DNA from: a virus
Virus record (IMG/VR): IMGVR_UViG_3300021964_000014
Direction: 5' to 3' (one strand)
DNA: 64,000 bases
Below, in pieces: positions 57,012 through 64,000 of the stretch (the first letter of the stretch is position 1; each line of letters opens with the position of its first letter). The position numbers and the translations under genes were made by a program. The notes beneath the pieces were generated by a model. It was not told where the DNA came from, made no database searches, and saw only the letters and a list, made by a program, of their open reading frames with translations.

Positions 57012-57740
57012 TTAGTTTTCAAATATACCTTTCCTTATCATTCTAGATACAATTCTAGCTGATGCTGTTTCTAGAGCTTTTCTTGTAGTAACACCTATAG
57101 CAGATTGTCTAAAGTCTATCTCTTCTAAGTCTGAAAATAGACCTTGAGATTTTTTAACTGTGTTTGCTTCTCCTAATCCACTACCTACAAAATAAGTTCC
57201 ATTTTCAGCGTTTGTAAATCTAACTTGTAAACCTAATCTAGTGGTTTGAGTTTGAGTTACTCCGTCTTTTAAAGCTATTACTTCATCTTCTGATACTGAA
57301 AAGTCATAAATTTCTATAGTCACAAAATAATTTGCTAGCATAATTTTACCTACGCCATATACTTCGTTTTGAGATACTCCTTTACGAGATGCTACCCATT
57401 GAGTTTTCATCCTATCTTTTATAGCATCTTTCTCTTCTACAAATTCAAAACGATTAGTCCAATCTAAATATTCAATTACCATATTAGTAACCCCTAAACC
57501 TATTCTAGCATCTTTTAATTCTGGCCACATTTCGTAAACCACATCAGATGCAGATATGTTTATTAGAGCTATAGGTATCATTGGTCCCCAGTAATCAGAA
57601 ACATCATCGATAGATTTTCTCTTTTCAAATTCAGCTTGATAAGTTTCAGCTTTAATTTCTGCTACTTGTGCGGATGTACTTTGCACAAATAGTATACTGA
57701 GTAATAATAATAACCCAATTATTATAAATCGTTTTTTCAT
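57012..57740 (-). CDS. CsgG/HfaB-family protein
   Basis: Signal TSA|Q; GVTNMV...L..TNRFEFVE, ANYFV..IYDF, LQVRF.NAENG..V.S.G, ALETA. Confidence 0.7.
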   Translation of the reverse strand: MKKRFIIIGLLLLLSILFVQSTSAQVAEIKAETYQAEFEKRKSIDDVSDYWGPMIPIALINISASDVVYEMWPELKDARIGLGVTNMVIEYLDWTNRFEFVEEKDAIKDRMKTQWVASRKGVSQNEVYGVGKIMLANYFVTIEIYDFSVSEDEVIALKDGVTQTQTTRLGLQVRFTNAENGTYFVGSGLGEANTVKKSQGLFSDLEEIDFRQSAIGVTTRKALETASARIVSRMIRKGIFEN

Positions 57741-57741
57741 A

Positions 57742-57930
57742 TTAAGATCCTAGTGTATCAAATACACCAAATGTTAAGTTAGTAGTATCTACTTCTCCTG
57801 ATGCTAATCCATATATCATATAGATTATTCCAGTTGTAGCCATTGCTCCTAAAAACCAAGCATAGGCTAATAAAATAAAGTGCACCACTTTGTGTAAAGT
57901 TAATTCTCTCATTTTAGTATTATATTTCAT
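57742..57930 (-). CDS. Small membrane protein
   Basis: Hydrophobic ORF. Confidence 0.5.
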   Translation of the reverse strand: MKYNTKMRELTLHKVVHFILLAYAWFLGAMATTGIIYMIYGLASGEVDTTNLTFGVFDTLGS

Positions 57931-57931
57931 G

Positions 57932-58174
57932 TTAATGTGTGTCTCTTATACTCTTCGACATCTTCCATCCATGTTTTCTCATTTGCCAGGAATACCATAT
58001 TGCAAGTCCAAAAAATGAAACCAACCAACCTACAGTTAAAGCTATTGCTGTTGTATCGTTTTCTTGCATTCTATCTCCTAAGCCAATAAAATAAACATTA
58101 AGGTAGACTATCATGCCGACAAACCCATAAAGCTGTCCCCATACTTTCCACCATTCGTTAAATCGTTTTATCAT
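57932..58174 (-). CDS. Small two-TM membrane protein
   Basis: Hydrophobic ORF. Confidence 0.5.
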   Translation of the reverse strand: MIKRFNEWWKVWGQLYGFVGMIVYLNVYFIGLGDRMQENDTTAIALTVGWLVSFFGLAIWYSWQMRKHGWKMSKSIRDTH

Positions 58175-58189
58175 AATTTTAAATTTATT

Positions 58190-58480
58190 TTACCAATCAA
58201 TTTTTTCTTCTTTTTCTTTTTTCTCTTCAACTGGTACTTCCTTAACTATGATTCTTTCTTTCACTACCGGTTGATTAGACGGTACGTTTATTATTATATT
58301 AGGTTGTTTATTAGCTGTAGAATCAACTACTACTTCTTGAACAACATCTTCTTGTGCAGGAGAAAATATAGATTCCATATTAGTGACTAATATCCCTCCA
58401 GCAGCTGTAATAACAACTCCAACAGTTGCTATGACTTGATTTTTAATTTGACTAAAAAAGCCTTCTTTCTCTTCTGCCAT
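58190..58480 (-). CDS. Single-TM protein
   Basis: TM followed by PNIIINVP and a charged tail. Confidence 0.6.
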   Translation of the reverse strand: MAEEKEGFFSQIKNQVIATVGVVITAAGGILVTNMESIFSPAQEDVVQEVVVDSTANKQPNIIINVPSNQPVVKERIIVKEVPVEEKKEKEEKIDW

Positions 58481-58485
58481 TGTAT

Positions 58486-58866
58486 TTAATTTACTGAGAA
58501 TCCTGTTCTACCTATTACAACGTGATTCTCTGTTGTTAGTTCTAGTTTATAAGCACTTTTGTCTAAAGCAGATACATATACTTTTAATATATTATCTCCT
58601 TCTTTACCTGTTACTTTTTCTTGAGAAATTAGATCGTTACTCATACCGTGTCTGATCTTAACTCTATAAGTACCTGCTTCAGGTAATTTAACATTCATTC
58701 CTACTCTTTCGGTAACAATATTGCTCTGTAATTTAATACCGACTAAGTCATCTATTACTAATGCTGATGGTACTTCATCGACAGGGTCAGGTCCTATTAT
58801 AAAATCGTCGTCTTTTACACATCCTGATAATGCTATTAAGCTAATTAAAATTAATATTTTTTTCAT
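58486..58866 (-). CDS. Lipoprotein with T9SS C-terminal-domain-like Ig fold
   Basis: Lipobox LSGC followed by KDDD; ..YRVKI..G.N...YVSAL..SAYKLEL pattern. Confidence 0.55.
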   Translation of the reverse strand: MKKILILISLIALSGCVKDDDFIIGPDPVDEVPSALVIDDLVGIKLQSNIVTERVGMNVKLPEAGTYRVKIRHGMSNDLISQEKVTGKEGDNILKVYVSALDKSAYKLELTTENHVVIGRTGFSVN

Positions 58867-58868
58867 TT

Positions 58869-60611
58869 TTACTGTATTATATAGTTTACTTTAGTTCCAT
58901 CAGCTTTAATCCCTTCTGTTAATTCAAAAGTTACTAAGCCTGAAGTGTTGTTTAATTGTTCATTAGCTGTAAAGATTAACTTATAAGCTATTCCAGTTTT
59001 GATAGATATCTCACCTTCTTGATCTAAGGATCCAACTCCTATTTTAGATAATTCAGGTCTATGGTTAGCGAAGTTTGTCATTTCATTTCCAGTATCAAAT
59101 ATAACGTTACTCAAAGTTAAAATAGTATTATCGTATTTTATATTAAATTGAGTACCGATAACATCTTCTTCTTGCAAATCTATAGAGAAATGTACTTCTC
59201 CATTTACTAACTCTGATGTTAGATCAACATTTGAATTGATTGGATCTCTTTGAGTAGCATTATATGTTATACTATATCTTGCTGAAGCTTGTGCTTGAGT
59301 AGAAGATTCGTATTGAGATCCTTCTGCTGTTGGAGTATACCCGTGAGAGAAATCTACATCACCAACAAACGAATGACCAAAGTTAAATGTTTTAGTATCA
59401 TCAGTAGGAGTAAATACATACTTCTGACCGAAGTAAAAATCATTAGTAGAAACACCTAACTGTTCTATTCTTCCCCAAACATCTTTAGACCCATTTGTAT
59501 TATTAGTAAACCATTCACTCAACCCATCTACTCCTTGTACATGACCTAACGCTTGATAAGAATCTTCAAAATCTATATTTCCTGAGTTAGTCAGTTCTCC
59601 AAGTAAGTATTGAATAGGGTAATCAAATGAATTAGTACTACCTCCTCCACCAGGACCATCACCGCCGGTTGTTGCTGCTATTGCTTGTTGGAATATTAAA
59701 TAAACGTCTGTAACAGTCAACACATCATCTAACCAATCAGCATTGTCATCTACATCTATTTCTAGATAATATTTTACTCCTATAGTTAAATCAGAAGCAT
59801 CTGTTATTATTTCTCCATTTGCATCAAAGTTTCCTGATTTGATAGCATCTCCAGTCTTACCATTCGTACCAGAAGCTAGATAAATATTATATTTAAAATC
59901 TGTTGCATTATCTGCTTTAGCTGCTGAGTTTAGTTTTAATGTCACAGCTCCTGCATCAACTCCGGTTACATCTCCTTGATTTTCTAAATCTACACTAATA
60001 CCACTAGGCCCGACTCCGACATCATATAAATTATCGTCTGCTGTAGAAGTATTATCTGTTGCTTTCATCCAACTTAATCTTGTAACTTCACTATAGTCAT
60101 CGTAGTTTGTTCCTTGTCTATCTTTAACTTTAAACCTAACCTCTAATAAAGTTTCACCATGAGAAATAGCTGTACCGCTTTCTTGTATGTATATTCTTTC
60201 TACTGACCAATCAGCAGATGTTGGGTAAGAATTTGTATTACCAGTCACATTAGTTCTATTTAACCAGCCTTGATAGTATTGAAAATCTAAATCTGAAGCA
60301 GATTGTGCTACTCCAGCATAAGAGGTTAAAGGAACAAATGAGTACCCATCCCAGTGAGTTAAAGTTTTAGAAGCTGATGAGTTATCAGGCAATTTCCATG
60401 TATGATCTATCTTCTCTAATAATTTATTATTATATTGATAGTCAAAAATTATAAAGTACACACCTTTATTATCATCACTTAAAGTATTAAACTTTATAGT
60501 AATTGTGTCTCCTACTGCAAAAGGAGCTGTTCCAGTGTAACTGTGGTCTAATGTTAAATCTTGACCTAATAAAGTTACAGGTAGTAATAAAAAAAATAGT
60601 AATTTTCTCAT
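58869..60611 (-). CDS. Secreted protein with cohesin-like terminal domains and a dockerin-like centre
   Basis: Signal LLG|Q; VGDTITIKF..FDYQYNNKLL; LTVTDVYL and GELTNSGNIDFEDSY; GTQFNIKYDNTIL. Confidence 0.55.
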   Translation of the reverse strand: MRKLLFFLLLPVTLLGQDLTLDHSYTGTAPFAVGDTITIKFNTLSDDNKGVYFIIFDYQYNNKLLEKIDHTWKLPDNSSASKTLTHWDGYSFVPLTSYAGVAQSASDLDFQYYQGWLNRTNVTGNTNSYPTSADWSVERIYIQESGTAISHGETLLEVRFKVKDRQGTNYDDYSEVTRLSWMKATDNTSTADDNLYDVGVGPSGISVDLENQGDVTGVDAGAVTLKLNSAAKADNATDFKYNIYLASGTNGKTGDAIKSGNFDANGEIITDASDLTIGVKYYLEIDVDDNADWLDDVLTVTDVYLIFQQAIAATTGGDGPGGGGSTNSFDYPIQYLLGELTNSGNIDFEDSYQALGHVQGVDGLSEWFTNNTNGSKDVWGRIEQLGVSTNDFYFGQKYVFTPTDDTKTFNFGHSFVGDVDFSHGYTPTAEGSQYESSTQAQASARYSITYNATQRDPINSNVDLTSELVNGEVHFSIDLQEEDVIGTQFNIKYDNTILTLSNVIFDTGNEMTNFANHRPELSKIGVGSLDQEGEISIKTGIAYKLIFTANEQLNNTSGLVTFELTEGIKADGTKVNYIIQ

Positions 60612-61120
60612 AGTAAATTCTTAATAATATTCTCGCATACTCTCTTCAGCGCTATGCTTGCTGTCTGTTGATTAAATGTTCCGTCATCTGCAACCACTAA
60701 TGTAGAGGTAGAAATAGTTTTACTAGTTCCTTTTTGAGTAGTTCTTTTCTTTACCTTTCCATTCTTTTCTAGTTCTCCAATTGCGATAATTTGTGTCAAA
60801 GCGACATCTTTATGTAAAATACCAAAATTGGTTCCTATATCTTTTATATCAAAAAAGACCAGACGTACATTTATCTGTGTGTTCGCCTGATCTGATAAAT
60901 CGTAATCTAAATCTAATAATAATTCTTCTAGAATATTTCGTACCCCGATTGTTAGGTTTCTGTTACCAGCGAATTTGCCCATACGGATCTCGTTGGTGAC
61001 CTGACCGACTTTTATAAGATTATCGTCGTCATTATGTAACTCGTTGTTAGAACCCGTTGGTATAAGTAACAATATACATAAAACGAATATCTTAAATACG
61101 TTTAGTGTAGCAATTTTCAA
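60608..61120 (-). CDS. Secreted CsgG/TolB-N-like alpha/beta protein
   Basis: Signal peptide; LTIGVRNILEELL..ALKRVCENII parallels the CsgG-like neighbour. Confidence 0.45.
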   Translation of the reverse strand: MKIATLNVFKIFVLCILLLIPTGSNNELHNDDDNLIKVGQVTNEIRMGKFAGNRNLTIGVRNILEELLLDLDYDLSDQANTQINVRLVFFDIKDIGTNFGILHKDVALTQIIAIGELEKNGKVKKRTTQKGTSKTISTSTLVVADDGTFNQQTASIALKRVCENIIKNLL

Positions 61121-61222
61121 GACTTTAGCTTTTTAAAAATTACCGAAACAATTAAGAGTAACGCTTACTAAGAAACTATTAAATAAAAACTATTAGAAAA
61201 AACAGTTATGAGACTGGAGTAT

Positions 61223-61480
61223 TTATTCTCCTTTTTTACCGCCAAAGATCTTCCCTGCTTCTGCGATACCGAAACAGCCTAGTGTAATGAATAAAAATGA
61301 GTCGTAGATAAACTCTTGGATTACTAAATCCTTTCCTACGAACCCTGTGATAATATCTGCTCCTGCAAATAGTACCATTACTGCGAATGCAGCAAACCCA
61401 ACGACAGACTTCTCGTTGATGTCATTATTGTCTTTAAAGATGTTACCAAATTTCATACAAATATGTTTTAATTTTTTCAT
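61223..61480 (-). CDS. Small two-TM protein (holin-like)
   Basis: Two TMs, basic C-terminus; TATTTATT at 61513-61520. Confidence 0.5.
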   Translation of the reverse strand: MKKLKHICMKFGNIFKDNNDINEKSVVGFAAFAVMVLFAGADIITGFVGKDLVIQEFIYDSFLFITLGCFGIAEAGKIFGGKKGE

Positions 61481-61534
61481 AATGCAAACTATTGAGGTGT
61501 AACCTTCTTTATAATAAATACAACCAGAAAACCA

Positions 61535-61564
61535 AAAGAAAAAGGGCCCCGCTAAAGGCCCCTT
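61535..61564 (-). terminator. Intrinsic terminator
   Basis: AAGGGGCC-loop-GGGCCCTT stem followed by TTCTTTT on the minus strand. Confidence 0.6.
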
Positions 61565-61590
61565 AACTTAATTAAAATATTAACTATATT

Positions 61591-61827
61591 TTACCCCTTC
61601 TTTTTGAGAATGTGGTAAAGTACGAATGCTCCTACTAATCCTAGTAGCCCTTCGTTGCTTAATCCACCTAAGATACCCATGATATTATCTACCACTGATA
61701 TTTCAGGCCAGAATGGAATTACTGCTCCTTTGAACAGTACTTCTAATACAACTCCGAGTGCAACAAGACTTACACCCACTTCTGTTAATTGATTGGCCCA
61801 AGAGCCGATCTTGTTTAAAAAATCCAT
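61591..61827 (-). CDS. Small two-TM membrane protein
   Basis: Own late motif (61895-61902) and terminator. Confidence 0.65.
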   Translation of the reverse strand: MDFLNKIGSWANQLTEVGVSLVALGVVLEVLFKGAVIPFWPEISVVDNIMGILGGLSNEGLLGLVGAFVLYHILKKKG

Positions 61828-61904
61828 AATTTAATTGATTTTAGTTAGACAATAGATAACAGTCTGACTTTATGTAAGAAAGGAATTCCATGTTAATAAA
61901 TAGG

Positions 61905-61932
61905 AAAAAAAAACGGAGTCACTAAGACTCCG
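61905..61932 (-). terminator. Intrinsic terminator
   Basis: CGGAGTC-TTAGT-GACTCCG followed by T9 on the minus strand. Confidence 0.85.
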
Positions 61933-61973
61933 CTCTTCAATCATATATCTCGTCTTGTAATCCGTAGTGGAAA

Positions 61974-62195
61974 CTAGTCCAATTTTTGAATTTCTTGGGG
62001 AAGGAATTCTTGATTAACGTGCCCACACTTTTTACAGTTGAAGACAGGGATTGGGATATAGGTTGGTTTTCCTGTTCCTGTAAGGAAGCCTGAGGCTTTT
62101 CTAATAATGATTCCTTCTTCGAAGTAGGTGTGTTCACATTCATCGCATGTAACTCCTTGTGTTTGGTTGAGATCGACATTAACGTTTTGTTGCAT
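61974..62195 (-). CDS. Zinc-ribbon protein
   Basis: CDEC..PIPVFNCKKCGH. Confidence 0.7.
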   Translation of the reverse strand: MQQNVNVDLNQTQGVTCDECEHTYFEEGIIIRKASGFLTGTGKPTYIPIPVFNCKKCGHVNQEFLPQEIQKLD

Positions 62196-62560
62196 TATTT
62201 GGACGATTTACCACCACCATTGGAGTTATTATTCCTGTTAGTTCTTCTAGGCTTTCTTGGGCCTTTAGAATTAGAAGGCTTTCTTCCTCTTCTTGGTTTT
62301 CCTTTTGCAGCAGCGACTACGTCATCAGCTTGTTCAAGTACTTCCTTTGCAGCAGTTGCTACATCTTTGAGCTCTTCTTTTACTCTTTTCGCTCTTTTTT
62401 TGGTCTCTTTGACGACTTCTTTTACGTCTTCAACCGCATCTTCTACAGCATCAGGAATGTAATCTCCATCACTGTCTTTAACTTTACCTTTTTTAATAAG
62501 GTAAATTACAACACCTACGCCAACGGCAGCAAGTGCTAAAATAACTAGAATTGTGTTCAT
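62195..62560 (-). CDS. Membrane-anchored late protein with DxDxD loop and basic tail
   Basis: N-terminal TM, DSDGDYIPD, K/R-rich end; late motif 62603-62610. Confidence 0.6.
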   Translation of the reverse strand: MNTILVILALAAVGVGVVIYLIKKGKVKDSDGDYIPDAVEDAVEDVKEVVKETKKRAKRVKEELKDVATAAKEVLEQADDVVAAAKGKPRRGRKPSNSKGPRKPRRTNRNNNSNGGGKSSK

Positions 62561-62612
62561 AAACTAATTTTAAAATTAATAATTGTTTGATATATATCTA
62601 TATATAAATAGG

Positions 62613-63137
62613 TCAAAATTTAGGAACACTCTTTAAGGGTCTAGCCCATTTCCCAAATTTTTCATCCATTTCAAAATAAAATTCTAAAGTAGTACCAGAA
62701 GTCTTTTCAACTTCTTCATTGTACTGGTCTTTAGTCATCTTGAATTCCATCAAGAATGCGTTTCGAAGATCGGTTAACTTTCTGAGTTCTTCCTTCTCAT
62801 GATCTTCTTCTAATCGTTTTTTCCTTGCTCTATCTATAGAACAATTCGAATGCCATACACTATGATCTAATTCTCCATTGGTAGTTCTAGCTTCAATATG
62901 CTTATCATTCATAGTATGAAGTACTAGTTCTATTTCCATAAGGTAAGGACCTTGCTCGAAGTCACCATTAGCGATTCTATCTCTCAAAGAATGACGATTC
63001 GTTAGAGGTTTATTTTTAGGAGTATAACTTCTCCACCACATAAATCTATCGTACGGCTTCTTGAAATAGTTTTCACTAAGTCTTTTTTCGATCCAATTTT
63101 TGGACCATTTAGGAGTAAACGGTAGCTGATTGTGCAT
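62613..63137 (-). CDS. Hypothetical protein
   Basis: ORF; promoter-like TTTG-N20-TATATTTA ends 3 nt before the ATG. Confidence 0.6.
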   Translation of the reverse strand: MHNQLPFTPKWSKNWIEKRLSENYFKKPYDRFMWWRSYTPKNKPLTNRHSLRDRIANGDFEQGPYLMEIELVLHTMNDKHIEARTTNGELDHSVWHSNCSIDRARKKRLEEDHEKEELRKLTDLRNAFLMEFKMTKDQYNEEVEKTSGTTLEFYFEMDEKFGKWARPLKSVPKF

Positions 63138-63163
63138 ATTTAAATATAAGAACTTTTTGGCAA

Positions 63164-63343
63164 TTATCCAAACATTATTTTATGATAAGCGTACTTAATT
63201 ACCTTTTCATCATATTCAACCAGAACCCTATACGCTAATGCTTTTTCATCTTCAGTCAAACTTAAAGGTGATTGCACTGGTTTGTTTGGATCGATTAATC
63301 CATCTTCTACCATCTCATGGTATTTTTTGATTGTATCACTCAT
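63164..63343 (-). CDS. Small hypothetical protein (59 aa)
   Basis: MSDTIKKYHEMVEDG..; not in the ORF track. Confidence 0.55.
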   Translation of the reverse strand: MSDTIKKYHEMVEDGLIDPNKPVQSPLSLTEDEKALAYRVLVEYDEKVIKYAYHKIMFG

Positions 63344-63683
63344 AACTTTTATTTAATTTAGCTCTAATTTTAGTTGCTGATATTTCTTTAATATTGGTAG
63401 GGGGTTTGTGCTCTATTATTTCATAACCTACTCCTCTTCCGAAATTAACAGATTCAATATCAGGTATGATAATAACTGTAACTCTGCCTTCCTGTATCAA
63501 ATCCTGTAATTCTTTTTCAACATTCTCTTTTACTTCTTGAGGAGTCCAGGGTTGCTTTTCACTTGTTTCTACATCTCTAATTGCAACACATACATTCTTA
63601 CCTTCATTTAATCTTTGATCGATTAACCATCTATGTCCTTGATGCCAAGGTTGCCATCTTCCTATAAATAAACTATATTTCAT
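63336..63683 (-). CDS. Minimal HIGH-superfamily nucleotidyltransferase
   Basis: FIGRWQPWHQGH, IRD, GRGVGY, ISATKIR. Confidence 0.75.
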   Translation of the reverse strand: MKYSLFIGRWQPWHQGHRWLIDQRLNEGKNVCVAIRDVETSEKQPWTPQEVKENVEKELQDLIQEGRVTVIIIPDIESVNFGRGVGYEIIEHKPPTNIKEISATKIRAKLNKSYE

Positions 63684-64000
63684 CTAATGTTTTTAGTATT
63701 GGTTTATTGGTTGTGTCTATATGAATATCCTCTTCTCCTATCTCCAGATCCTTAGCAAAGTAATTCTCTCTACCTCTAATTTCAGAAGTATGAAGATAAA
63801 TCATAGTAGGGTTTAAATCCTTTATTTCATCTCTTACGTCCTTATACGGAGCAACAACTGATATAATTACTGTAAACTTTTTTTGGTATAAAAAACGTGC
63901 TAGAGTATTTACCTTTCGAAGATTATTTCTTCTTCCTTGTTCTGAGTAATCTTTGTTTTGAAAGATATTTCTCATTTCATCACCATCTATTCTAATGATG
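63673..64000 (-). CDS. cysC: Adenylyl-sulfate (APS) kinase, 5' end outside the window
   Basis: IRIDGDEMR..DYS..GRRNNLR..VIISVVAPY...R. Confidence 0.75.
   Translation of the reverse strand, partial: IIRIDGDEMRNIFQNKDYSEQGRRNNLRKVNTLARFLYQKKFTVIISVVAPYKDVRDEIKDLNPTMIYLHTSEIRGRENYFAKDLEIGEEDIHIDTTNKPILKTLDEI

Noticed and set aside
2625-62539. Nearly all plus-strand ORFs in the supplied track
   Set aside because: They are antisense shadows lying within well-supported minus-strand genes and have no promoters or motifs
63663-63670. Extra late-promoter octamer
   Set aside because: Lies inside the first codons of a gene and far from the next start; probably chance

Overview
64 kb segment of a large, AT-rich dsDNA myovirus (T4-like baseplate genes, gp55-like late sigma factor). 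The host is almost certainly Bacteroidota, probably a marine Flavobacteriales: about 19 TTG-N20-TAnnTTWR promoters, signal peptides followed by Gln, BACON and T9SS-CTD-like domains, and a Bacteroidota-type bS21. Almost all genes are on the minus strand. Layout: 1-21 kb tail fibre/baseplate module; 21-24.4 kb late sigma factor, HD hydrolase, T5orf172; 24.4-26.8 kb low-coding region with divergent promoters and the only plus-strand genes; 26.8-42 kb early/accessory small genes (rpsU, tRNA-Arg, mgsA, RadA-like, DUF932, TraR-like fingers, sulfotransferase) behind repeated promoter/leader cassettes; 42-50.4 kb cluster of glycosyltransferases and sugar-nucleotide enzymes; 50.4-55 kb nuclease, DUF1599 and lysis genes; 55-61 kb secreted CsgG/cohesin-dockerin/beta-barrel module; right end HIGH nucleotidyltransferase plus APS kinase. 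Best candidates for new biology: (1) a virion-protein glycosylation (possibly sulfation) system with a putative [ST]-[GAS]-S sequon enriched in structural proteins; (2) a phage-encoded outer-membrane assembly module; (3) a bS21 variant paired with one strongly Shine-Dalgarno-led micro-gene; (4) an attC-like element inside an insertion that disrupts a gene. All family calls come from motif recognition by eye; no searches were run.
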